Program-made: the position numbers and the translations under genes
The notes under the pieces: generated by a model
Seen by the model: the letters and a program-made list of their open reading frames with translations, nothing else
What the model was told of the DNA's origin: nothing
Databases searched by the model: none
Assembly (NCBI GenBank): GCA_963933835.1
Contig: CAWVVV010000004.1
Span: 32,001 to 96,000 of the forward strand
Source of the DNA: an uncultured Puniceicoccaceae bacterium
GTDB lineage: Bacteria > Verrucomicrobiota > Verrucomicrobiia > Opitutales > Oceanipulchritudinaceae
Direction: 5' to 3'
Length of the DNA stretch: 64,000 nucleotides
Shown here: one piece after another, positions 1 to 9,199 of the stretch
Layout: each line of letters opens with the position of its first letter
Numbering within the stretch: the first letter of the stretch is position 1

Positions 1-92
1 ACACCATCGCCAACAAGACCGACAAACCGCTCAAAATGTATGTCACTTGTGTCCCCGCTTGGACATTCGAAGAGTCGGTTTTTGTGGAGTAA
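1..92 (+). CDS. Cupin domain protein, 3' end (partial)
   Basis: Frame from position 3 reads TIANKTDKPLKMYVTCVPAWTFEESVFVE*, typical of the end of cupin motif 2. Truncated by the window edge. Confidence 0.6.
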   Translation, partial: TIANKTDKPLKMYVTCVPAWTFEESVFVE

Positions 93-97
93 GTGGC

Positions 98-457
98 CTA
101 GCCTAAACGGCCGCTTCGTCGTCCGCCGGGAACTTTTCTAAGGAGCTGTTTTTTGAAGACCGGGATGAGGGTTTGTTCGAGTTCGTCGAAACAGGTTTTC
201 AGACCCATCTCTTTGTAGCGCAGCCCGATTTTCGCTTCAACTGCGGTGGGTTCTCCAAAGCTGGCGAGAAATTGATTGGAGGTGAGGCGGGCAAAGAGCT
301 CTTGGCGTGGAAGTTGTTTTTCCAGTTCAGAATGCTCGAGGAGCCATTCACGGGCAAAGAGGCCGAGGACAGCGTCGCCGACCCAAGCATCGTCCTTCAT
401 TTGAGCGCGTAGATTCATTTCGGATGGAAGGAGAGGGGACGCTTGTTCGGGAGGCAA
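98..457 (-). CDS. Minimal ribonuclease III-like domain protein
   Basis: AWVGDAVLGLFAREWL resembles the RNase III signature, with SNQFL and VEAKIG downstream. No dsRBD. Start uncertain. Confidence 0.65.
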   Translation of the reverse strand: MPPEQASPLLPSEMNLRAQMKDDAWVGDAVLGLFAREWLLEHSELEKQLPRQELFARLTSNQFLASFGEPTAVEAKIGLRYKEMGLKTCFDELEQTLIPVFKKQLLRKVPGGRRSGRLG

Positions 458-587
458 GATTTTGATCCGACCTAAGTGTTTCGGGTCATCGACTCCCCAG
501 TTAGAAGTGCTCTATTCAGATGAGAAGTACTTGTGTCGATCAAGGCTTGGGTTTGAATTGGCATGATCTCTATTCACCTTTCAATGT

Positions 588-1976
588 ATGCATAGCTCAC
601 GCCGATCTTTTCTTAAGCAAGCCGGTGTTCTGTCGGTAGGATTCGCGGGCTTGTCTCGATTTGCTCTAGCGAATCCATCACTCAAATCTGTTCCGGGTTA
701 TGGTCCCTTGATTCCTGATCCCAAGGGCGTTTTTGATCTGCCGAAAGGCTTTTCCTACCGCATCTTGTCAAAAGTAGGCGACGAGATGAGTGATGGCCTC
801 CTCGTGCCAGGACTGCCTGACGGGATGGCTGCCTTTCCTCAGCCTGATGGGCGCATAGTGATTGTCATGAATCACGAGCTTTCACCACAGCACATCGGTA
901 TCAGTCCTTTTGGGCCGATGAACGAGCGCCTTGATAAGGTCGACCGGACAAAAATCTACGATACTCGCGATGGCACCTTGTCTTCACTCGGGGGCACGAC
1001 AAATCTCGTTTACAACCCAGCGACCGGTGAGGTCGAAAAACAGTTTCTTAGTCTCATCGGGACTGAGCGAAACTGTGCTGGGGGAACGACCCCTTGGGGC
1101 TCTTGGGTGACCTGTGAGGAGTCAAACATAGTCAAAAGTGAGTTTTTCCAGAAAGACCACGGTTATAATTTCGAGGTGCCTGCGACATCAGAGCAGGGAC
1201 TCGTTGAACCGATTCCACTTATAGCGATGGGGCGTTTCCGCCACGAGGCCGTCGCGGTTGAGCCGAACTCTGGTGTCGTCTATCAGACCGAGGACATGTG
1301 GGACGGGCTCATCTACCGTTACATACCTGACGTAAAGGGCGAGCTGGCTAAAGGGGGAACCCTCCAAGCACTCGTCATTAGGGGCTCATCTAGCTCGGTC
1401 GATACCCGAAACTGGGGTGAGGCTGGGGCGCCGAACTTCCCTCGTTCTAAGAGCGTGGAAGTGGAGTGGGTCGATCTCGATGAAGTAGAATCGCCTAAAG
1501 ATGACCTCCGCTACCGTGGTAAAGACCGAGGGGCGGCTGTCTTCGCTCGAGGCGAAGGGATGTGGTATGAAAACGGCGAACTCTACTTTGCTTGCACCAA
1601 TGGCGGCGCCAAGCGCACTGGGCAGGTCTTCCGCTACATCCCGTCTCCGAATGAAGGAACGCTTCTGGAATCAGATGAACCGGCTCGGTTAGAGCTATTT
1701 GTAGAAAGCGACGATAAGGATATCTTGCAAAACTGTGATAACCTCACCGTTGCACCCACAGGTGACCTGTTTATCGCCGAAGATGCGCTTGATGATCCCT
1801 CTCGTTTGATCGGCGTAACCCCTGATGGGCAGTGCTTTACGTTCGCTAGTAACCCTTACAATAGCTCTGAGCTCGCTGGTGTTTGTTTTTCTCCGGATGG
1901 CGCGACAATGTTTCTTAATATTCAGGAGACTGGGCTGACCCTAGCGATTGACGGACCGTGGAGTCAGCGGTCTTAA
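588..1976 (+). CDS. phoX: PhoX-family alkaline phosphatase (DUF839), Tat-exported
   Basis: SRRSFLK Tat motif; NHE, NCAGGxTPWGSWVTCEE, GRFRHEA, GEG and NCDNL motifs. Confidence 0.9.
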   Translation: MHSSRRSFLKQAGVLSVGFAGLSRFALANPSLKSVPGYGPLIPDPKGVFDLPKGFSYRILSKVGDEMSDGLLVPGLPDGMAAFPQPDGRIVIVMNHELSPQHIGISPFGPMNERLDKVDRTKIYDTRDGTLSSLGGTTNLVYNPATGEVEKQFLSLIGTERNCAGGTTPWGSWVTCEESNIVKSEFFQKDHGYNFEVPATSEQGLVEPIPLIAMGRFRHEAVAVEPNSGVVYQTEDMWDGLIYRYIPDVKGELAKGGTLQALVIRGSSSSVDTRNWGEAGAPNFPRSKSVEVEWVDLDEVESPKDDLRYRGKDRGAAVFARGEGMWYENGELYFACTNGGAKRTGQVFRYIPSPNEGTLLESDEPARLELFVESDDKDILQNCDNLTVAPTGDLFIAEDALDDPSRLIGVTPDGQCFTFASNPYNSSELAGVCFSPDGATMFLNIQETGLTLAIDGPWSQRS

Positions 1977-2160
1977 GACGCACTGAATTGCGGCATCTAG
2001 GTGTAGGTTAGTCAAAAATGCCCGAAATTGCGCCGGGATATCCCCCAAAGCGGTCGCTCTGGCTGAACTGCATTCGCTCATGGTCGATGTATTGTTTATG
2101 CAGTTTCGCGCGCCTCGTGCGATGTTGCACCTTGCCCAGAACCCAATATCGAGTATCGCC

Positions 2161-2337
2161 ATGACAATTTCCCCGCCGACGGAGACAAATAGCTGTCCCT
2201 ATGAGATGAACGACCTCCTTGAGCTCATGGTCGAGGAAGAAGTGGTCGAGAAAAGTCAGAACCCAGTCGATTTGCGTAAGCGCTTTAAAGACAATGGAAT
2301 TAAAGTTGGTGACGCAGAAGACCCCGAAGACGTGTAG
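2161..2337 (+). CDS. Small acidic hypothetical protein
   Basis: ORF MTISPPT...EDPEDV has protein-like composition but no recognisable motif. Start uncertain (2080 possible). Confidence 0.3.
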   Translation: MTISPPTETNSCPYEMNDLLELMVEEEVVEKSQNPVDLRKRFKDNGIKVGDAEDPEDV

Positions 2338-2359
2338 TAGGGAATCCACCGTAATGCAC

Positions 2360-2563
2360 CTAAGCTTTTCGTCTCATCACGGCGAGCATCAGGCATCCAG
2401 CACCAAGCAAAAAGGCCGAGGAAGGCTCTGGAATGACGCCGATACCGAAGTCGACCTCGCGGATCTCGATACGCGTTGGGTAGCTCGGACTCTGAGCTGT
2501 GAAGACTTCGAGTTCAACTTTTCGCACCCCAGGAACGGTCGATGCAAAAAAGGGGTCATGTCG
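2360..2563 (-). pseudogene. C-terminal remnant of a PEP-CTERM protein
   Basis: A frame missing from the ORF track reads ...IEIREVDFGIGVIPEPSSAFLLGAGCLMLAVMRRKA*: PEP motif, TM helix and basic tail. An in-frame TAA lies immediately upstream (2564-2566) and there is no signal peptide. Confidence 0.8.
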
Positions 2564-2760
2564 TTATGTTTGCAATTGATATAAGCCACTGTTCAAACGG
2601 GCTCCTCAATCATGCCACGCAGTCTACGAATTGAGGAAGAGAATGGAGGGTATCACATCATCAACTGCGATGATGTGTTTATCGATGAAGGCGCGCATAT
2701 GTTCTTTGAGGCGTGATTTTTTGGCCTGAGCAAAGGCGTCATTGGATAGCACTGAAGTCT
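2546..2760 (+). mobile_element. Degenerate RAYT/IS200-like (Y1) transposase 5' remnant with GGGGTCA end
   Basis: 2612-2716 reads MPRSLRIEEENGGYHIINCDDVFIDEGAHMFFEA*, matching the recalled RAYT N-terminus (MxRxLRIExxxxxYHVINRGNxR...F) with the RGNxR segment missing. AAAAAAGGGGTCA lies at 2546-2558. Confidence 0.65.
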
Positions 2761-2860
2761 CTCTAAGAGGGTGTAGATCGACTGCATTACTGTGATTTGT
2801 CTTTATTGAAGGCTAACAGAGGACTTGCCTCTTACGGCAATGGCTGGATGTTTCGGTAGT

Positions 2861-5800
2861 GTGAATGAGACGAATCATCAGCAGAAGTTTAAGGCGCTAT
2901 TGCCTGAGGCTTTGCTGCGTGATCGTCTCGCGGCTGAGCGCTGGTTGAAGCGACAGAAGCGTGGCCGGAAGCCCACTGTGGATGCCATGGCCCGTTGGGT
3001 TAAACGCTTGGAAGCCTCTGCAGAACGTAAGGCCAAGCGGCTCGCGAGTTGTCCGAAGTGGACCTTTCCTCCGGAGCTCCCGATCTCAGCGCGGGCTGAC
3101 GATATCATTACTGCGATAAAGGAGCATCCAGTCGTTATCGTGGCAGGTGAAACGGGTTCGGGAAAAACGACGCAATTGCCGAAGATGTGTTTGGCCGCCG
3201 GCTTTGGGGTCGACGGGAGCATTGCCTGTACTCAGCCACGCCGGGTAGCGGCGCTTTCGGTTTCTCGCCGCATTGCTGAGGAGTTGAATGTGGTGTGGGG
3301 CGAGCAGGTGGGTGCGAAAATTCGATTCACTGACCGCTCTGGCCCAGATACGTTGATCAAGATGATGACTGATGGGATGCTGCTTGCTGAGGTGCAGGCG
3401 GATCCGGAGCTCTCGGACTATGAGGTCGTTCTGATCGATGAAGCGCATGAGCGCTCGCTGAATATCGATTTTCTGCTCGGATATTTGCATCGTCTGCGAG
3501 CGCGGCGTCCTGATTTACGAATTATCATCACTTCGGCGACGATTGATACGGAATCGTTTTCAAAAGCTTTTTCAGACGCGCCCATTATTGAGGTGAGTGG
3601 GCGTACGTATCCGGTTGATGTGCAGTATCGGCCACTAGAGGATTTATCTGGAACGTATCGAGACTATAACTACATCGATGGCGCCCTGGAAACGCTCGAC
3701 GAAGTGTTGGCGGAAAATGGTCCTGGGGATGTGCTTGTTTTTCTTCCCGGTGAACGCGATATCCGCGAGCTGACGAAAGTGCTCAGTGGGCGAACTCTCG
3801 GGCGATGTGAAGTGCTCCCGCTCTTTGGTCGCTTGTCGAATGAAGAGCAGCAGCGGATCTTTGCGCCGACGCAGAAGCGCAAGATCATCCTTTCGACTAA
3901 TATTGCGGAGACCTCGTTGACGATTCCGGGCATACGTTACGTCATCGATGCGGGCTTGGCTCGAATCAGTCATTATCACTCACGCACGCACACACGCCGC
4001 TTGCCAATTGAGCCTGTGGCGCAGAGTAGTGCGAATCAACGGGCAGGGCGAGCAGGACGGATGGAGGCTGGAATTTGTTTCCGTTTGTATTCGGAAAAGG
4101 ACTACGCATCGCGTCCTGAGTATTCGAAGCCGGAGCTTCTGCGCTCAAATCTCGCTGAAGTGATTCTGAGGATGAAGGCCTTTCGTTTAGGCGAGGTGGA
4201 GGAATTCCCGTTTATAGATCCTCCGCGTCCAGCGGCGATTCGCTCTGGCTACGAATTGCTGGAGGACCTCGGCGCGCTTGATCAGACGCACGAGCTGACT
4301 TCCCTCGGACGAGAGCTGGCGAAGCTTCCGTGCGATCCAACGGTTGGGCGCATGCTGCTACAAGCGCGGCATGAGGGTTGTCTGCGAGAGGTTCTGATCA
4401 TTGCGGCGGGCTTGAGTATTCAGGATCCGAGGGAACGGCCTGCTGACGCTCAGGAAGCGGCAGACCAGATGCATGCGCGTTTCAAGGATCCTGAGTCTGA
4501 CTTTCTGAGTTTGCTGAAGATTTGGGAAAGCTTCCACGAGAAGATGGAAGTGATGACGCAGAGCAAACTACGGAAGTTTTGCCGCGAACACTTTCTCTCT
4601 TACCTGCGGATGCGCGAGTGGAGGGATGTGCATACGCAGCTAAGGCAGGTGATGTCGGATTTGCCTGATTATAAACTGAGCAAAGGGCCCTCTGAGTATG
4701 ATCAGATTCATCGAGCGATCCTTTCCGGACTGTTGGCAAATGTTGCCCATCGCGAGGCGGGGAATCACTATCGCGCGACGCATCAGCGAGCTGTCATGCT
4801 ACACCCTGGCTCAGCACTCTTTGATAAGGCCGCTGCGAAGCAAGAGCGTAAGCAGTTCAAAGGTAAGCAACGCCCAGCGACGAGCAGTGGTAAGCGAACC
4901 CCCGCTTGGGTTGTTTGTGCCGAGTGGATGGAGACGACGCGTCTCTTCGCTAGGTTGGCGGCCCGCATCGAGGGTGAATGGCTAGAGCAGCTTGGTGGAC
5001 ACATTGTCACAGTGAGCTATGCCGAGCCGACCTACAGTGAGAAGGAGGAGCGTGCGGTCGTTCGTGAACGACGTTTTCTCTATGGTTTGGAGGTCTCAAC
5101 GAGGCGGGTTAATTTCCACCGAATCGACCCTGAAGCGTCACGTTTGCTCTTTATTCAGGCAGGTCTTGTTTCAGGGACGCTGCAGTCATCCCTTGAATGG
5201 TATGAAGAGAATCAAGCCGTTCGCGCAGACGTTGAAGAACAGCAAACTCGGCTGCGGCAAGCAGGCCTCTGGCGCCTTGATGAACGCGTAGAGCAGTTCT
5301 ACGTCGATCGATTGCCTGATGTCGGTTCAGTCATCGATTTGAAGAAGTGGTGGCGGCAGGCCTCGGCGGAAGAGCGTGCGAGGCTTGAATTGACCCCTGA
5401 TGATTTACTCAAATCGAGCACGGACGACATTGAATCATTTCCCGAGAAACTGGAAATCGACGGGGTTAAGTTGTCATTGAATTATACCTACAAGCCGGGG
5501 GAGGAAAAGGATGGCGCGACCCTTCGGGTGCCCTTTGGGGCCTTTTCAGGATTGCAGCCAGAGCACTTGGATTGGGCGGTGCCCGGTTACATCAATGAGC
5601 GGATCGAATTTCTTCTCAAGGGACTGCCGAAAGAGACCCGTGTGAAACTGCATCCGCTCGGTGAAAAAACCGATCTGCTCTCCTCCAGAGTTGAGGTGGG
5701 CAAGGGAACTCTTGAGAAACAACTTTCGGGTTTGATCGGGGAGCTTTTTGGCCTCCGGATTTGGCCGGATGAGTGGCGTGGAGAATCTGTTCCCGCGCAC

Positions 5801-6940
5801 CTTCGCCCGCGTATCGAAGTGATCGATGATGAAGAGAAGGTAGTAGCGCACGGGCGCGACTGGGAATCGGTCGCTGAGAAGGTTCTTGCGGTGCGCGTTG
5901 ATGCTCCGGACGAAGAAACTGAGAGGCGTCGGGCGAAACTTTGGGAGCGTGCGACGCAGGGCTTTGATCGCCCAGATATTGTGGACTGGACGTTCGGTGA
6001 TCTGAAACCTTCGTTCTCAGTTGGCGAGGTTGCTGGGGTGCCGGTTATGGCATACCCGGGGCTGAAAGTTGAAGCCGAAGGGGGCGTGAGCCTAAGGATA
6101 TTTAGGACGCCTCAGCAGGCGCTGCGAGCGACAGCCACTGGATACCCAGCTCTTCTTGAGAGGGTCCTAGGGAAGGAATTATCGTGGACCTCAAAAGCGG
6201 TGCGCAAAGAACTGCAGCGCTTAAAGCTATCTCTCGTTGGCTTTCTTCCCATAACAGCGGTTGAGAGAGGTGCGGATGAACAGATGCATTCCCTGCTTAA
6301 GGAGGGCGGTGTGCCGTCTGACCTGAGCAACGCGGTCTTTGAGCAGTCTGTGAATGATAAAACAGCCGTTCTTCGGCGCTGGACTCCTCGCTTTGTTGAT
6401 GAGCTGGAACAACTCCTTGAACTCCGCCGTGAACTGCGATTGGCGGATGATGTTAATGGCATCTGTGAGACGACAATAACGCGTCTCCTTCCGGTCGATT
6501 TTCTCAAGACGACACCTTCCGAGCGCTATTGGGATCTCCGGCGCTATTTACAGGGTACGCTGCTTCGCTTGAAGAAGGCGCAGTTAGACCCTGCCAAGGA
6601 TGCTCAGCGATCTAAGGTTGTTGCCGGCTATGAATCGAAGTTGGGCGCTGCAAATACTGAGAGCCCATCACTGACCTCTTTTCGATGGGCCCTTGAGGAC
6701 TTTCGCGTCGCCTTATTTGCTCAACAATTGGGTAGTCCGAGGAAGATTTCAGAGCGTATCTTGGATGAGCAGTGGTTGGAGTTGGAGTCAGCGCTAGGAT
6801 CGAAAAAGGGCAATTCGGCGATCTCGGCGATACCTACCTCTCAAGTGAGCCATAAAGAGAGCAGGGCGCCCAAAGCTGCCCCAAAGAAGCGCCCGTCGAG
6901 CAGTGACTTGGAGTCCCTTAAACGACTCTTCAATCAGTGA
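2861..6940 (+). CDS. hrpA: ATP-dependent RNA helicase HrpA
   Basis: GETGSGKTTQLP, TQPRRVAA, DEAHERS, TSAT and QRAGRAGR motifs, plus a long C-terminal region ending ALFAQQLG. Start GTG 2861 preferred (ORF track 2825). Confidence 0.95.
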   Translation: MNETNHQQKFKALLPEALLRDRLAAERWLKRQKRGRKPTVDAMARWVKRLEASAERKAKRLASCPKWTFPPELPISARADDIITAIKEHPVVIVAGETGSGKTTQLPKMCLAAGFGVDGSIACTQPRRVAALSVSRRIAEELNVVWGEQVGAKIRFTDRSGPDTLIKMMTDGMLLAEVQADPELSDYEVVLIDEAHERSLNIDFLLGYLHRLRARRPDLRIIITSATIDTESFSKAFSDAPIIEVSGRTYPVDVQYRPLEDLSGTYRDYNYIDGALETLDEVLAENGPGDVLVFLPGERDIRELTKVLSGRTLGRCEVLPLFGRLSNEEQQRIFAPTQKRKIILSTNIAETSLTIPGIRYVIDAGLARISHYHSRTHTRRLPIEPVAQSSANQRAGRAGRMEAGICFRLYSEKDYASRPEYSKPELLRSNLAEVILRMKAFRLGEVEEFPFIDPPRPAAIRSGYELLEDLGALDQTHELTSLGRELAKLPCDPTVGRMLLQARHEGCLREVLIIAAGLSIQDPRERPADAQEAADQMHARFKDPESDFLSLLKIWESFHEKMEVMTQSKLRKFCREHFLSYLRMREWRDVHTQLRQVMSDLPDYKLSKGPSEYDQIHRAILSGLLANVAHREAGNHYRATHQRAVMLHPGSALFDKAAAKQERKQFKGKQRPATSSGKRTPAWVVCAEWMETTRLFARLAARIEGEWLEQLGGHIVTVSYAEPTYSEKEERAVVRERRFLYGLEVSTRRVNFHRIDPEASRLLFIQAGLVSGTLQSSLEWYEENQAVRADVEEQQTRLRQAGLWRLDERVEQFYVDRLPDVGSVIDLKKWWRQASAEERARLELTPDDLLKSSTDDIESFPEKLEIDGVKLSLNYTYKPGEEKDGATLRVPFGAFSGLQPEHLDWAVPGYINERIEFLLKGLPKETRVKLHPLGEKTDLLSSRVEVGKGTLEKQLSGLIGELFGLRIWPDEWRGESVPAHLRPRIEVIDDEEKVVAHGRDWESVAEKVLAVRVDAPDEETERRRAKLWERATQGFDRPDIVDWTFGDLKPSFSVGEVAGVPVMAYPGLKVEAEGGVSLRIFRTPQQALRATATGYPALLERVLGKELSWTSKAVRKELQRLKLSLVGFLPITAVERGADEQMHSLLKEGGVPSDLSNAVFEQSVNDKTAVLRRWTPRFVDELEQLLELRRELRLADDVNGICETTITRLLPVDFLKTTPSERYWDLRRYLQGTLLRLKKAQLDPAKDAQRSKVVAGYESKLGAANTESPSLTSFRWALEDFRVALFAQQLGSPRKISERILDEQWLELESALGSKKGNSAISAIPTSQVSHKESRAPKAAPKKRPSSSDLESLKRLFNQ

Positions 6941-7078
6941 GTATCTAGTTTGCTCGGAAGTGTTCTCGACGACTGCATGAGATTAGGGAGATCTCTTCAT
7001 GCAATTGAGTAAAAAATAGCCGGTTTAGACCGATGTTTTTTGATGGGGGGATATACACATATCCTATCCACATTTTTC

Positions 7079-7555
7079 ATGAAAATCGGACATCACATTA
7101 CCTTGGGCTACTCGATTGTTCTCCTCGCAACGCTCGCGGTCCGTCCGTCGTTTGCCAATGTCGTCCTGTGGCGCCTTGTCTATCGAGATGGTGACACTTA
7201 CCATGTCGACGCAGTGTGGGTCTTTCCCGGGCGTGAGCCCCAGCTCTATTCCGGAAGCGCCGTAGCGGCATTTTCTGAGCTAGATGCGCTCGCATTGGTT
7301 CCGGAGGGAACAACGCAAGCGGATGACATCAAACGCTTTCGCATTTTCTCGCAGGGCTACCTATTCCAATCGCCAACAGATCCCGCGATTATCGGCGACC
7401 TTCGTTACGCTCTCTTGCCTCATTCAACGAAACCACTGTGGGGCATTCGTGTGGATACAGTTTCGCCGGAGGAGCATGTCGTAATGGAGATGTTTCGAGA
7501 CCCCAGTGGGTCAAACTTCGATGAGCTTTGGATGATGATTCGCGGCCAAAATTGA
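7079..7555 (+). pseudogene. Chimeric ORF: short MCP/sensor-like N-terminus fused to the C-terminal half of a YdjM-like metal-dependent hydrolase
   Basis: VRPSFANVVLWRLVY..YHVDAV..DIKRFRIFSQGYL..IGDLRYALLPHSTKPLWGI resembles the C-terminal half of metal-dependent hydrolases. The catalytic N-terminal half (MDxxTH...HRGxTHS) is absent. Confidence 0.6.
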
Positions 7556-7600
7556 TCGACTTCGCGTGCGTCCATTTTGGGCGCACTCACCGTGAGCAGT

Positions 7601-7640
7601 ACATGAAAATGCGGCTCCCTTCGTGAGAAGGAAGCCGCAT
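7601..7640 (-). terminator. Rho-independent terminator after trxA
   Basis: Hairpin ATGCGGCTCCCTT-cgtgag-AAGGAAGCCGCAT followed by a T tract on the minus strand. Confidence 0.7.
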
Positions 7641-7672
7641 GAAAAGTGAGCTATGCTATGGTGACAGCCTTC

Positions 7673-7996
7673 TTATGCGAGCGCTGTCAGTTTGGCCTTG
7701 AGATCTTCTTTCTGTGTCAGGCCGACGACTTGTTCTTTCATCTCACCGGACTTGAAGAAGAGAATCGTTGGAATTGCACGGACGCCGTATTTCGCGGCGA
7801 GCTCTTGGTTGTCGTCTACATTCACTTTCGCAATCGTGGCGCTGTCACCGATTTCGCCGGCGAGCTCCTCGAGGATCGGAGCAATCGCTTTGCAGGGGCC
7901 GCACCAGGGGGCCCAAAAGTCGACGAGGACGGGCTTGTCACCAGCGATGGTGGTTTCAAAGGATGTTGAATCGAGGTTTACGATGTTCTCTGCCAT
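7673..7996 (-). CDS. trxA: Thioredoxin
   Basis: VDFWAPWCGPCK, AIPT; 107 aa. Confidence 0.97.
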   Translation of the reverse strand: MAENIVNLDSTSFETTIAGDKPVLVDFWAPWCGPCKAIAPILEELAGEIGDSATIAKVNVDDNQELAAKYGVRAIPTILFFKSGEMKEQVVGLTQKEDLKAKLTALA

Positions 7997-8007
7997 AATT
8001 TTGAAGT

Positions 8008-8250
8008 CTATTCTGAGTGTTTGTGAATTATATCGGAAAGCTGCTTGGGATCAACTTCCTCGAGGTGTTTACCTCTGCCTTTGAGGTCCTCAACCGTTTT
8101 AATGAGGGTTTCAGTCGCCCGATCGTGCGTTTCTTCGGAACCACCGACGACGGTGAAGGACTCAGCTTGTGTCAGCCGTTTGTGTCCATCCTCGTTGTCT
8201 AAGCCAACTCCGAGCAAGTGTGCTCGTGGCTGTTGTTCTGGGTGTTCCAT
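8008..8250 (-). CDS. Conserved hypothetical protein
   Basis: LLGVGLDNEDGHKRLT..FTVVGGSEETHD is recalled as a small PVC-group protein. It ends 11 bp before trxA on the same strand. Confidence 0.75.
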   Translation of the reverse strand: MEHPEQQPRAHLLGVGLDNEDGHKRLTQAESFTVVGGSEETHDRATETLIKTVEDLKGRGKHLEEVDPKQLSDIIHKHSE

Positions 8251-8351
8251 CGTTTCTAAGGTTGTCTGGTTGGAGGGATTTTCAAGCGGTTTATTCCGAA
8301 GGGCGGGTTTTTCGAGATTTAAAGGTGTGCACGGGTATGCGCCGGCTGGAG

Positions 8352-9179
8352 TTAGTCCTGAGCAAGGTCTTCTGCTTGCTCGGCCTTCGCGAGGGCGAGG
8401 CGCTCATCTTCCTCGACCCGAGTGCAGACGATGTCGGTAAAGTTTTCATTCTGCTCTATGCGGAGGTGGCTGAGGCGAGTGAGCTCGAGAATCGCGAGGA
8501 AGTTTGAGATGAGGTGAGACTGACTTCGTGGCGCTTCGTCGGCGTAGAGTTGGGTGAAAGTGAAGCGCTCCTCTGTATTTAAACGCTTCAAAATCAATTC
8601 CATGCACTCGGCAACGGTGATGATTTCGTCATCGATTTCGCCGACGCTGATGCGCTCTGAGAGACGACGGAGAACGGCGTTGAAGGCATTCCAGATTTCG
8701 AGACGATCGCTGCTTTTGAGTGGTCGGGGGCGCTTGAGGCTAGGGTCTTCAGCGACGAGTCGCGGCAAAGCATGACTGGCGGCTTCGATCAGTTCGTCGA
8801 GCTCAAGGGCGGCATCCTTAAACTTGCGGTAGGTGAGGAGCTGTTGGACGAGCTCCCAGCGCGGATCGATCATTTCCTCTTCGGCTCCATCTTCAACCGC
8901 CTCGATTGGGCGTCGTTCCTTCGGGAGGAGTAGACGGCTTTTGATCTGCATTAGGGTCGCCGCCATAACAAAGAATTCACCTGCGACCTCGGGTTTTAGA
9001 TCGTCCATGCTGTGCAAAGCATCGAGATACTGGATAAGCACTTTTTCGATCGGAATGTCGTAAATATCGATCTCATTTCTTCGAATGAGAAAGAGCAAAA
9101 GGTCTAGCGGCCCTTCGAAGGAAGGCAGCTTAACAGCGTGTTCTTTTTGGCGGAGAAAGAGTTCTTCGGTTGCGGCCAT
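8352..9179 (-). CDS. scpA: Segregation and condensation protein A
   Basis: FEGPLDLLLFLI, IDIYDIPI, EFFVMAATLMQIKSRLLLP, FLAILEL. Confidence 0.95.
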   Translation of the reverse strand: MAATEELFLRQKEHAVKLPSFEGPLDLLLFLIRRNEIDIYDIPIEKVLIQYLDALHSMDDLKPEVAGEFFVMAATLMQIKSRLLLPKERRPIEAVEDGAEEEMIDPRWELVQQLLTYRKFKDAALELDELIEAASHALPRLVAEDPSLKRPRPLKSSDRLEIWNAFNAVLRRLSERISVGEIDDEIITVAECMELILKRLNTEERFTFTQLYADEAPRSQSHLISNFLAILELTRLSHLRIEQNENFTDIVCTRVEEDERLALAKAEQAEDLAQD

Positions 9180-9199
9180 GAATTCAGTTGGAAGGGTGC

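Noticed and set aside
2008..2349. Minus-strand 113-aa ORF
   Set aside because: No recognisable motif; it overlaps an equally or more plausible plus-strand ORF.
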